A stretch of 62,943 nt of DNA, the filler included, from Reclinomonas americana ATCC 50394 (taxonomy: Eukaryota), in the NCBI GenBank assembly GCA_048213135.1. It is 15 parts of 15 records of this genome, joined end to end, with 100 filler letters (N's around TTAATTAATTAA, not from the genome) between each part and the next. Parts side by side here need not be neighbours in the genome. Positions count along the whole stretch, not along the records: positions 26,142 to 30,849 come from AFZH01019261.1; positions 30,950 to 32,348 come from AFZH01019262.1; positions 32,449 to 36,873 come from AFZH01019263.1; positions 36,974 to 38,176 come from AFZH01019264.1; positions 38,277 to 39,347 come from AFZH01019265.1; 10 more parts are not named here. One strand, written 5' to 3'. The translations under genes were made by a program, and so were the position numbers. How positions within the stretch are numbered: position 1 is the stretch's first letter; each line of letters begins with the position of its first letter. Below, piece after piece: positions 26,162 to 38,487 of the stretch. The notes under the pieces are model-generated. The model did no database searches and was not told the DNA's origin. It saw nothing but the letters and a program-made list of their open reading frames with translations.

Positions 26162-29100
26162 CTACAGTCCAAGACCAGCCAGTTCAAACTCGCTGCATAT
26201 GCGTTGCAGCAACGCAGGCAACAACTGGTTGACTACGTCGGCAGTGTCGGCCACGGCATGCGCAGGCAACTTGGACAAGTGCTGCAAATTAAAAATACAT
26301 AATATCTATGAGTGTCGACAGGTTGCCACAAAGTTGGCAGCTGCGTTGATTACCTCAAGCTCGGCTTGCGCGAGAGATTTGATGGCGCGGACTTCGTCGA
26401 CAATCGCGATCCTGGGATCCGGCCGCGAATGCGAATCGACAGCACTGACCCATACGCCAGCTGCAGGCAAGTCCTCGTCGACATCCATGGCTGTCGACTG
26501 CACGTGCTGGCGTTGTGATCGCAATCGCTTGTTCCATCGTTCAGTCTGGAGATCCAACCGTTCGTTAAGCCACTGCACGCGTTCCCTCGCAGTGGCGTTA
26601 GTTAATGCGCGTGGCCACACCAGCGTCGACATCACGCGTACGGCAGGTGCCGGAGGGGGTGGAGGTGGCGGCGAAGGCGATTGCGACCGATGGACCGGCC
26701 ACTGTGGTGCCGGCGGAGGTGGAGGTGGAGGTTGAACCGACGCTGACAGAGGTCGTGAACCCGAGCTCGAACAGAGAAGCGCAAGATCCACATCGGCAGG
26801 CGAAGGCGGCAGAGACGACAATATCAATGCGAGACGCATCTCCTCGAGCTCGTCGATGGACTCCCCATCGCCAGCAGAATCCACGTCGAGTGCTGCTGCT
26901 GATTGTGAGAGTGTCCGCATCCGCGCGATGACCGCTGCTTCTCTCGCCGCCTGTTCGCCAGTCTTTCCAACGACAATCGGCGCTGCCGCAGACGTTTGCC
27001 GCCGCTTCTTGTCGCCCTCGTCAGTGTGGGCGCTTGGGCGCTTGGCAGCGGCCTTGCGTTTCCTCTTGTTGCTCGAGGACTCCTGTCCGGTGCCCTGTCC
27101 TGCATCTGTGCCGTCGCCAGCGCCGTTGCCGGTCGCCGCCAGTTTCGCGGCGCGCGCTCGTGCCGATGCTCGCAGGTGAAGTGGCAGCATCGATGCCGCA
27201 GACTTGAAATCGCGCGGAATTCGCTTTCCGCGCAGCGGACATTTCGGGTTGTTGCAAGTCAGAAACTTGGATCCTCCAGGTGGCGTCGAATAAAACCATC
27301 CACACAGGCACGTACAGGTGCTGAATGCCTCGTCCACTCTCTGCAATGTCTCGTTGTAGTCCCGCAAGCCAAGGAGGCGTGCACGACGATTTGCATTGGC
27401 ATTCTATTAATAGAAATCCGACACAAACAAAGAAAGTGAGCGCAGCACACTTGCACAACTATGCACAGTGAGAAACGACTCACTCTTCTGTGCAGCCTGG
27501 CGCTGAACTTGCCGAATGCAAAGTGCTGCGTAAACCACGCGGTCTCCTTGCCTGTCCTGCGCCGCTTTTGCGTGACACGGCCTTGTGCGTCCACGTGCGT
27601 CGTCTTGCGTGCAATGATTCGCGGCACTTGCTTGTTGAAATGGGGGACGATACATCGGCTGAAACGATGCTCTCCCACGAGGCTGTGGCGAGAAAGAAAG
27701 CCAATTGCAAGACATATTAATAAGAAAAGCCGCCCACACAAACGTGCCGACACATACAAAGCACTCCGGACACAGCGCACGCAACAACTCGACAACAAAG
27801 TTGTGGAAACCATCACGATCTCGGGCAAGTTGCGCCCACAGAGACCGTCGTAGAGCAGCGAAGTGCTTGGCAATCGTTCGAGAGGCAAATTTTCCGAACT
27901 TTGCCTGTTGGCAGTGCAGCTGTTTCAGCCGTTTCCGATACTTTCTCATGTAGAGTCGGCAGAAGGCCTTCCCAATCTCAAGCACCTCCACCCCACGACC
28001 ATCTGCGAGCACGTAGAAAGCAAGAACGATCAGTCCGACAGCTACCACACACGACTGTGGTGCAGTGAAACACTCACCGCGACCAACGGTGAGGCAAGCG
28101 AATGCAAGTCGTATTCCAGGGTCGATCGCGATAATGGACTCGAACTCTGCCATGAGCTGGCACAGCAGGACCTCATAGTCGGCTCGTGCACGTGGACGCG
28201 TACGGCCGGCGTCCACTGCCGGCTTGCGCGTCCGTTGGCGAGGTTTCGCTGATGATGCTGAAGCTGCTGCAGGTGGCGCAGAACCTGCGGGAACACGGCC
28301 ACGATCTGTGACCTCGGCAGCCGTTGGAGCAGTAGCAGCAGTCGGAGCAGCAGTCGGAGCAGTCTTAGCAGAACGCGGCAGGTTTTTGCGGTACTCAGTC
28401 TCCACGTGCAGACCGTCCAGGGCCGAGAGATGCAGAGCAGCCAACTTGTGGCGAGCGTGGCGATTAGCCCACGCTCCACGCGCAGCCGCCTGCTGACTGG
28501 TGATGACGGAAACTGGTGTGCGCATTGCGTCGTCCCACGCCACTCCGGCGACGAGCACCTCCCCCAGGTAAGTCGCTCCGTCCAGATCTGCTTTTGCTAG
28601 CAAAGCGCGTAGCAGCAGCGCACGGACAAAGATATCGGCGTCCGCATCTGCGGGGTAGTAAACTGTATGTGAATGGCCACTGATAACCAGCGCATCACCG
28701 GCCGGCACACACTCACCTCGCTGTCGACAGTGAACAAGGCGCTCCAGACAATCGCGAGCGTGTGCGGACTTGCATTCGTCCTCGAGCCAGAGAATCATAT
28801 CCTCCCAGATTTCTCCAGAACGCAAGTCAAATGCCGCCGCCGCTCGGCCAACGCCATCCCCCGTGTACTTCACAAACCACCTTGGCGCGAACGCCGTTGT
28901 GTCGATGTGCATGCGGAGTCGCCCGCGCAAATCATTGGCTCGCCGTGGCTCAAGCAGGAATCGCTGAAGGCAAGCGAGTCGTCGGCATTCAATGGTTTGA
29001 ATGGCAATTAGCGCTGCAAAACAGGTGATTAACAGCGATTAGTTTGATCATTGAGGGTCGCTTGCAGTGGGCAAGATATATAACGCGCACCAACTTCAAG

Positions 29101-30849
29101 CCGGATGGAAGCAAGGCCAACTGCAGCGTCGTTACAATTGAACTTGATATCGATCTCGCTGCGCACGCTCTCCGGAGAAGATTCAAGCTCGTCATCGGAG
29201 CTGACAGCAACGACCAGGGACCGCAATCCAAGAAGCGCAATGCATCGAATCTGAGAGACACTCGCTGCGTGCGAAAACACAAAACTTAGCACAAGACGTA
29301 TTACACATCACTCCGCTTTCCTGTTGTCTCTTACGATCTTCTCTCCGCCATTTCGCACTCCATGTCTACTTCATCTTCCTCCGCTCTGCGTCTCTCCCCC
29401 CACCTCTTCCTGAGTCCCCAATACCGCTACCACTACGCTCACGTACCAGCAACAGCGTGGCGAACTTGCAGTGTGTTGGTCAAAGTCGTCATTGCTGTGA
29501 GTGCATTTCGAGCAGCGTCCTCCACCAGCCAACCAGCAGCGCGATAAAGTACATCGGCGTCTGCTCCTCCGACAAAGAGCGAGAGAACAGAGACATCACG
29601 ATCGTCGGTCAGCACGCTATGCGGCAGGTGGCGGTGCTCCAGATCCAGATCCTCCTCCGCCGTCATCTCCAGCACCTTGTGTCGTGCGTCAAACAGAAGA
29701 TGTCGCATCCTCGTCAGCCGACAGCCTGCAATAATCGCACGCAACGAGTCGTGCGCCACCGACGAGACAAACTCCGCAAGAGACAGAGACAGTGGGCAGC
29801 CTCGTAAGAACACGCTGTACATCGCCGCACGCGCTGACTTCGCATCCGTGCCGCTGGGTTCAGACGCGACAAAATGACTGAGCGCAAACGCAGACGCCTC
29901 GGTGGCAACACTCCAGAGTGTCTGGCCAGCTGCAGCGAAGAGGGCAGTCGACAATTGCCGCACATCATCACTCGCTACGAGTGTATCAACAACCAGCTTG
30001 TCCAGTACCGTGATTAGCAACTCGCGGCTTTTTTCTGTACATGTCATGTCGACCATCGATCAACAACGAGTCAGTGAACAGGGGAATAAATGACGAATCG
30101 CACACACACATACGCGCGCTGCGTACCCTCCTCGCCCTCGCGGCAACTGGGGCATTCCTTGGCGCACTCCAGCCGTTGAGTCAACGCAGTGACTTTACGC
30201 GTTCGGATCGCGGACTGTGCGTGCAGCATGCCGGCTGCGTCTTGGTAGACATTGGCCACGGCATCCAGCACTGCCGACGTCCATCGCAACCAAGCGGTGG
30301 TGAATGTGACGCCGGCTTGAGCGCGAGCAGATTCGTGAAGGAAGGTGCGCATTCTGTTTCTAACAGCGGTCCGAAACGCGACAAAGGCCTCGCCTATCCA
30401 TCGCACAGTCGAGTGTAAGAAAAATGGCTCTGCACAACTCACCAGCAAACAATTGCAACATACCACACTCAGTCGAATGCACGCCATCGATTCCGGTAGC
30501 CATGCTGGCGAACAGCAAAGAAGCGGCTACAACTTTTTCGAGTGCGTTGATGCAGCGAAGCGTGTCATCGCGGTGCTTCTGTGTCAACGGCGTGGTGACG
30601 ATCCGGTTGACAGCCGACGGCACGACATGCAGCGTCGCACACAGCAGCGTGTGTAGTGACCAGCTGTCGCCCTCGCTCTCCGCAGCACCGTGGCCAGCAA
30701 GCGCGTCGTCGAACCATGGGGCGTTGGTGCCCAGCCGCGCGTGCAACAGTCGGAGACCGTCGCAGAGTTGTTGTCGCAAATCGGTGCGTGCCGGCATGCA
30801 GGCTCCCGCAGGCACACCGGCAGCAGTTGGAGCTCGAGATGGTGGGAGC
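26162..30849 (-). CDS. Giant intron-containing Fanzor2/TnpB-like RuvC nuclease (5' incomplete, about 1,320 codons or more)
   Basis: Predicted exons 30849-30464, 30429-30127, 30034-29447, 29264-29091, 29013-28078, 28002-27786, 27682-27484, 27403-26354 and 26281-26162 join in one frame through GT-AG introns. Motifs: RuvC-I IIAIDPGIR, bridge region DGFHNF, CIVPHF, HFAFGKFSARL, RuvC-II VDEAFSTCTCLCG, GGSKFLTCNNPKC and RuvC-III RDFKSAASM. Confidence 0.85.
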
Positions 30850-31009
30850 NNNNNNNNNNNNNNNNNNNNNNNNNNNNNNNNNNNNNNNNNNNNTTAATTA
30901 ATTAANNNNNNNNNNNNNNNNNNNNNNNNNNNNNNNNNNNNNNNNNNNNGGCTGTGTGAGCCAGTGACCACGCGTGAGCAACAATATGGACGAATGAATG
31001 GCACCATAC

Positions 31010-32348
31010 AAACCTCGCGAGCGAGGCGTGTTCTTCTCCTTCTTCTTCGGCGCCTGCACCTGGCTCTCGACTAGTACTGGTGCAGCTGAAGTCGACTCGG
31101 CTGCTGGCACTTGCGTGCGCATCTCATTGGTGCCGACTGCAGGATCTACCTCGTCGACGTCGCCATCGGCCTCCCCCTCCTCACCGTCGTCGTCGTCGTC
31201 GTCGTCGTCGACACCACCAAGAGCAGCCGCCACGAGCTCGGCAACCACCACCTCCTCGTCGTCGTCGTCGCTGCTGTCATCCGCCTCGTCGATGACCACA
31301 GCGGCGACAGTCGGCATCGGCAAATTCGTCGAATTCGTCGTCGGCCGTCGAGTACAAGACCGCCAGGTCGGCGGTCGTATAGAGGTTGCCGATGCGGTCG
31401 CTCACCAACTGTGAGGCCAGTGTGTGCTTGACAACCAGGTCGACGAGTTCCTTGATGGATTTTTTCATCCACACTTTCCGCTTCTTGCCCTTGATCCGGT
31501 CCGCCTTGTTCACTACGGACGCCACAGCTTGACCAATGAGGTGCGCGATCGCTGTCACGGTCTCCTCACAGTCACGCCCGTATATCGGTACTGTGACAAT
31601 GTCAACACCGTCGGTGTGCATGTCGTCATCTGTGTGCGATTCACAATTATTCTTCAATCCGCAGTCATCGAAAAAGGACACTGGCAGTAAGGGAAGAGTT
31701 CAAACGAACCCATGGCAGTCGGGTCCTCGTCGCCGCCCTTGGCTGCATCCGCCGCTGCATCAGCATCGGCTGGAGCCTCGAGTTTGCATCGTGCCTTATT
31801 CAGCATGCTCAAGATCTTCCTCCAACAGCGCTCTAAACATGCCAATAGTATCAGCAACAACGCGTCACACGAGGAGGGCCGGCAGTGGGGAGGGTACTTG
31901 CGCAACTGAGTTCGATTCGACCAGAGTGGAAGGCGGAGTGCAGCTGGTGCAGGGAAGACTGGAATCGTTGCAAGACCTCGCCAGTCACCGCATCGGTCTC
32001 GATGAAGGCTGCGCAGCATGCGACAGTGAGGATGACACATTGGAAAAATGACACGAGTGGAGAGCAAATGGTTACGGCACCTTGTTGTAGGCGCTGCAAT
32101 CCTACAATGTCCGACAAAATTCGCTCCAATGCGACGCGGGTATCCCGGCAATGTTCAGTGAATTCTCGCACCAACACGTCATCGTCGCAGATGGCAGCAA
32201 ATAGTGGCATGTCGCGCAAACTCTCCTTGAACGGCTGGAAGTCTGCGGGAAAGAGACCAAAGGCAGCACCGAGGCATGCAGCATTCTTCGCAGCCCCCCA
32301 GAATGAATTCGCTGCACGTGAAAAAGTCAGACAACAATGACACACACT
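31010..32348 (-). CDS. Helical/acidic hypothetical coding segment; possibly upstream exons of the Fanzor-like gene
   Basis: Splices in frame (...GRIELK|RCWRK...PTAM|VSFFDDCG...) except for one frameshift near 31310. It ends in an intron donor pointing into the gap that directly precedes the first visible Fanzor exon on the same strand. Confidence 0.5.
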
Positions 32349-32448
32349 NNNNNNNNNNNNNNNNNNNNNNNNNNNNNNNNNNNNNNNNNNNNTTAATTAA
32401 TTAANNNNNNNNNNNNNNNNNNNNNNNNNNNNNNNNNNNNNNNNNNNN

Positions 32449-35400
32449 GCGTCGGGGCGGCGGGGGCAATCGGTGCGTCATCTGTGTGGTGGAAAAGAAC
32501 GGAGCAGGTGGATGAGACACTGATATTCAAAAGAAGCAGATGGTTCCCTTCTCCCTCTCTCACTACCACTCCCCTCTCCTCTCCTCTCCATTTCTTTCCC
32601 CTTTCCTTTCCGCCCTTTCACGCAACTGGTGTTGTGAGTGGTCTGAGTGATCGGGCCAGCAGCCATGGCCGAGTTGGTCGACGTGGCAGTGGCGTACACC
32701 TGGTACGTGTACGACGTGTTGGCTGTCAGCGTAGTGTCGGCAGTGTAAGCGGCGGTGGTTGCCCAGCCAGCCGGCAGGGTCACCGTGCCCACAGACACCG
32801 GGGTCGCGCTGCCCTGGCCGCGGAAGATCGTGAACACCGTCACGGCGTTGGAGCCAAAGTTCTGCGGCGGAATCGTCCACTGCAGGAAGATGTTGGTCAG
32901 GCCGTACTGCGTCACCACCAGGCTGGTCGGCGCGTTCGGCACCACACCGCTGGCAGCGCTAGCCGGAGTGGTGAAGTTGACCGACGAGCTGAACGCGCAC
33001 GTCACTGGGTTGGCGGTGGTGCCAGCCGGGTTGAAGGGCGACGTCGTGAAGGCAATCGAGAACTGGTTGCTGGCGCGCACGTGCACCTGTACGTTGACCG
33101 AGGTGCCAGCCGGCAGGCCGGTCACGTCAATGTAGTAGGTCGACAGGTTGTTGTTCCACGACGCCGCAGCGCCAGTGCCGTTGGTGGCCGGGATGGAGCT
33201 GGTGTCAATGGCGACAGCGGTGCCGGCAGTGGCAGCAGTCACCGAAGAGGCGCTGGTGGTGTTGTACATGTACGTCACACGGTAGTTGACGTTCGGAGTC
33301 GGAGTCGTCACGTTGCTCTGCGTGGCGCTCGAGGTGGCGGTGTTGGAGCCGCCGACGCTGATCGGGGTCGAGAAGTTGAGGCGCACGCCAGTCGAGAACA
33401 GGCGCGAGTACGCCACACCAGTGGGCGCAGCCGGCACTGCACCGTTGTTGTCGGTGGTGGCCTGGATGGAGCCGGCCGCCGAGGCAGTGGTGTTGCTGTT
33501 GACGGTGACGCGGATCTTGGTCGTGTACTGCGTGGCAGCCACAAAGTTGTTGGCGGTGCCGCTCACAGTGAAGCCGGTGATCTGCTGGTAGAAGCCAGAG
33601 GTGTACGAGAACAGGCCGTAGAACGAGGTGGCGATGTTGCCGTTGCCAGTCGCGCCGGTGGTGATGGCAGGCTGGTCAGTGCTGGCGTTGGTCACCGTGT
33701 AGGCGGCAGACGGCGCAGCGGTGGTGTCGCCAGTGCCAAAGGTGGCCGGGTAGTTGAAGGCGACGACAGAAGACGTCGAAGTGACCTGGTCCACAGAGCC
33801 AGTGTACGGGGCGCCCCGACTGTGTAGCCAGTCGGCGTGGCCGGTGCACCCAACGCCAGAGTCACAGTCACGGCGGTCGAGAAGGTCAGGTTGGCACCGT
33901 TGGCGCCTGGAGTGCCGCTGCCGTTGTTGTAAGCCGTCGAGATGGCGCAGCTGGTGCCAGTCAGGCCAGTGACCTTGACGAGCACGCGGTTGCGCGACAG
34001 ACCAGAGCTGCCGGCCGGGATGCCAAAGTCGGTCAGGTCGGCAATGCTGGTGACCACCGTCACCGCACCGGTGCCGCAGTCCGACTTGACGTACCACGAC
34101 GGAGCGCCAATCACACCCACATTGGCCGCCACACTCCCACTCCACCCACGTCGAGGTCGACGTGACGTAGCGCAGGTTGGACGACAGCGTCGGTGCCGCT
34201 GTCGACACCTTGGTGTTGTCAGAGCCGCTGGTGGCCAGAGTGCCGCTCCAGACCGCAGCCGAGCGGTTCACCAGCGACTCAGTCCACACGTTGATGGTGT
34301 AGCCTTGGTCAGTGGAGGCACTGGCGGCCGCAAGAGTGGCCAGAGTCACACCGCGTCACGTGACAGACGACGCGTCGGTAGCGGTCACAGTGGTGGGACC
34401 AGCGTCGCCGATGACGAACGCGCGCGCGGTAGGCGGTGGTGCCGGTGGCGAGGTTGGTCGTCTGCAGCACGGTGAGCGACGTGTTGATGTCCTGGAAGGT
34501 GCTGGCAGAGGCACCGGGGGTCTGCGACGAGAGACCGCCCTGGCCGACAAGGTCAGTCGGCAGCTGCAGCCAGATGGTGGCAGTGGTGCTGCCAATGTAG
34601 TAGATGGCGTTGGAGCCGGCAGTGGCGGCCGGACCGCGGGCTGTTTAGGAGGGAAGAGGGGAAGGGGAATGACGGTGAGCATGAAGGAAACAAAGAGAGA
34701 GAGAGAGAGAAAAGAGAACGATAATAAAAAGGTGCGCAACTGGTGCAGTCCAGAAGTTGACAATACCGCCAGCAGTCGGCGAGGCGGCGGCGGAAGCGTT
34801 GGTGCTGGCGGCGTTGAAGGCAACCTGCGGCCAGTATTGGCGGCCGGGGAGGAGGCCAGAGAGGGTGGCCTGCAAGCCGTCGAGGTGGGCAGTGGCGGGC
34901 TGGTTGCTGTTGGCCGTGGTGGTGAGGCCCCTCGCGACAGCGACACGCGCACGTTGGCAGTGCCAGTGGCCGTGAAGGTGTAGGCGCTGGCAGCCGACGA
35001 GGCGTTGACGTTGGCCTGGTTCGCGGTGTACGACGCACCACCGGCGGTCAGAGTGATGACGAACGTCAGCGAGGTGTCGGTGATGTCGACGACCGAGATC
35101 GCGTTGGCGGCGGCGAGGGCACCATGGTACCAGCATTGCTGCCGGCACCGGTGGGGACGACACCAGCACCGCTGGAGGCGACGACGTTGGCAGCGCAGCA
35201 GTGCAGCTGCACGGCAGTGCCACTGTTGATCAGAGTCCAGTTGACGCTGACAATGGCGGTGTCCGACGGAGCAGAGCGAACAGCCACAATAAACTTGGAA
35301 GCGCTGAGGACAGATTGCGTGGAGTTGCCGTCGACGAACACGAAGTCAGTGACAGCGCTAGCCACGCCGTTGTTACCGGCATTGGTGCCGGCAAAGATAC

Positions 35401-36873
35401 CGACGGAGAAGACACCACCAACCGACGTGCCAGTGGCGGCGGTCGCCACCACACCGCGCGCGTTGGGTGGGCGAGCCGACATTCAGCATCACAAAGTTGT
35501 TGCCGACAGTAACAAAGGCGTCCACGGTGGTGACGGCAGTACCAGAGCGGTTGTACCAGACGGCATTGGCGGGCGTAGTCACAGCAAGGGAAGTGACGAA
35601 CACGATGTTGGAGCTGACAGTTCCACTGGTGGCGTTCGTCGCCACAAGATTCACCGTACCGGCCGCAGTGGCATTGAAGTTCACAGTGCCAGTGAGGTCG
35701 CTCGCGCCCATCGACACGGTGCCGGCGGCACCAGCGACGTTGTTGGGGTTGCCGAACGTGTACGGAGTCGCACCAAAGCCACCGTTGCCGATGACCGTGG
35801 CGGCAGTCGTGTTGCCCAGGCAGTTGATGGTGGTGCCACCAGTCACCGACCAGCAAGCCACCAGAACCGGGGCAGTGCCGAGAGTCGGGTTGGCGGCGCG
35901 CGGCGTTGAGGGTGAGAGTCTGCTGAGAAGCAACGTCAAGGGCGGCAGTTCCGTCGCCGTTGGCGTTCTGAGCAGTCACGCGATGCGATACTTGGTGATG
36001 TTCGTCGCGGCCAGCTTGGAGATCAAGACGTCGACGTGGCCACCAGACACACGGCCAAATTTGCAAAGGTCGCGGTCGTGCCGGTCACCGGCGAGCCCGT
36101 CGGCGTCGAGAAAGCGTTGTACAGCATGCCGCCATTGTTAAACGCCGCAGTCTCCACCTTCCAGCCAGTCATGGCATCGCCAGTCAGCTGAGGAGAAGTC
36201 CACGAGATGAGGCCGCCAGCCGAGGCCGCAGCCACAACAGTCGGCTGTCCGACCTTGTTCGGGGACTGCTTGCCGTCCTGGGTGCTCACCGTGGCGGTCT
36301 GCGAGTAGGGGAGACACACAGAGAGGTGAGCAAGCTGCTTTACACAATGCAATACCACGGACGAAATGCAAAAAAAAGACGCAACAGAGCTCCACGGGCC
36401 AAAGCCCCACTGGCCCACAGCGCGTACGCGCACCACGTAGCCGGTGCTCGGCTGCAGGATGCTGGACGAGGAGGTGGCACCAGTGCCAGACACCACGCAC
36501 GTCTGCTGCGAGAACGGGCCACTCGTGAACGGCACAATCGTCGCATTGGCGTTGTTGCCGTTGGTGGTCTCAGTGTAGAAGGTCACCGGGGTCCAGGTGG
36601 TCAGCGAGCTGCCAGACGAGCTGCGGATCTGCACCTGGAAGAACGGATTCTGCACCTGGCCATGGTTGAAGTTGGCGACGTTGCCAGAGCCCGTGGTGCC
36701 AGTCTGGCCGAGCTTGATCGGCGGGAAGAACGACAGCACAAACGACGTGGCCGACGAGTAGCTGATGGCCAGGTTGGTCGGCTGGCGCGGGGTACCGCCG
36801 AGCGGCACCGTCACGACCTGCGACGAGGTGCGGACGCCCTCACCGTACGAGTTGACAGAGTGGGCCTGTTGGT
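32449..36873 (-). CDS. Very large Thr/Ala/Ser-rich extracellular protein with fibronectin type III repeats (both ends in gaps; several apparent frameshifts)
   Basis: FN3 patterns PRQPTNLAISYSSATSFVLSF...LQPSTGYVVRVRAVGQWGFGPWS and PNAPTSLVVTQYGLTNIFLQWTIP...YTADTTLTANTSYTYQVYA. Coding-like sequence throughout. Confidence 0.75.
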
Positions 36874-36975
36874 NNNNNNNNNNNNNNNNNNNNNNNNNNN
36901 NNNNNNNNNNNNNNNNNTTAATTAATTAANNNNNNNNNNNNNNNNNNNNNNNNNNNNNNNNNNNNNNNNNNNNAC

Positions 36976-37070
<95 letters not shown>

Positions 37071-37073
37071 CGA

Positions 37074-38176
37074 GGTTGCTGGAGCTGGCGCAGCGGCACC
37101 GGCACCGGCTGCTTGCTTGTTCTGAGTGCGTCGCCGTTTTTTCTGCGGCTCCGAGGGGTCATCCGAGTCGGAGCTGGAACTCGAATCGACATCGAGTGGT
37201 GCAGCGGCGGCAGCTGGCTCTGCGGTCAGGCGAGAATACACCAATTTGGGGGTGATGGTCGAGAGTGTCTTGTTTTTTTCTTTGCAACACTGCGTCACCA
37301 ACTCCACAAATGGATGCACCATCTTTTTGTAGTATTGAAAAAGTGAGGCACAATCGATTGCAGCGGACAAGACGCTGCACTTGCACAAACCATCATCAGC
37401 GAGTACGCCCATCGGGCTGCAATCTTGTCGTTGAACTGCAAAATGCGTGCCTTCTGATGCTGCGCTCTCATGAGATCCGTCACAGCCGAGATGGTCAATC
37501 GGTGCTCTGCCCCAAATAGCTCGCGTCGCCGCAGCACGACAGCCTCGAGTTCGACGACGAATGCCGCCAGTTGCGCCGCGCTCATCTGCGCCATGTGGCG
37601 CAACACAAAGTCGTCGCTGCCACCTGCGGAAATGAAAAGTGAGTTCCACAAATCTACATGCACATGTGCACACGTGGCGGATACTGTGTGGCCGAACCGT
37701 TCGCGCTCTCTGCGGCCGCGAGATGAATGCTCGCACTCCTCAGACCCGTCCGTGACTTGACGGCCATATGGTGGTCGGCGCCCAGCGTCTGCACAGCGAG
37801 CCTCTCCGCGTCTTTGAACAAGGCCACCGCTGTCTGCAAGTTGTAACGCCCGCCGATGTGCACCAGATGCTCGGCCACCGCGTACATAGTGTACAGCTGC
37901 ATCGCATCCGCATGATCGTCGCCAAGTGCTCGCCGCTGTTGCAGCAACACGTACATATCGAATCCGATGTTGACCGCTTCTTGTCGTCGACCGGAGGCGG
38001 GTAGCGCAGCGATCAAGCATAACATGGTGTGCCGTATCTCGATGTCGGCGACCTGCATGCGTTGCTGTTGCTCGAGCGTGTTGCGCAACGACAGCACGGC
38101 ATCCTCCCGCTGTTGTGACACGCCTGCTGCCTCTTGCTGCTGTTGTGGCACGACGCCGCCCTCTTGCTGCTGTTGT
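37074..38176 (-). CDS. TPR-repeat protein (kinesin-light-chain-like TPR type), partial
   Basis: Repeats RRALGDDHAD, QTLGADHHMA and RELFGAEHRLT, plus a basic tail QKKRRR. Confidence 0.55.
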
Positions 38177-38276
38177 NNNNNNNNNNNNNNNNNNNNNNNN
38201 NNNNNNNNNNNNNNNNNNNNTTAATTAATTAANNNNNNNNNNNNNNNNNNNNNNNNNNNNNNNNNNNNNNNNNNNN

Positions 38277-38347
<71 letters not shown>

Positions 38348-38487
38348 GAAACGAAATGAATGACAATAATGAGGCCATGCGTAGCGAGGAACTGGAGCGG
38401 TCGTGGAGAAGGGAGGAGAGGGAGCGGAGAGGATTTGCAGGGGAAAATTGGGAGGAACAGAAAATCGGAGGGGACAGTAGAACCGCA

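Noticed and set aside
32484..35909. Long plus-strand ORFs (447, 223 and 261 aa)
   Set aside because: They are antisense shadows of the GC-rich minus-strand FN3 gene and have no motifs of their own.
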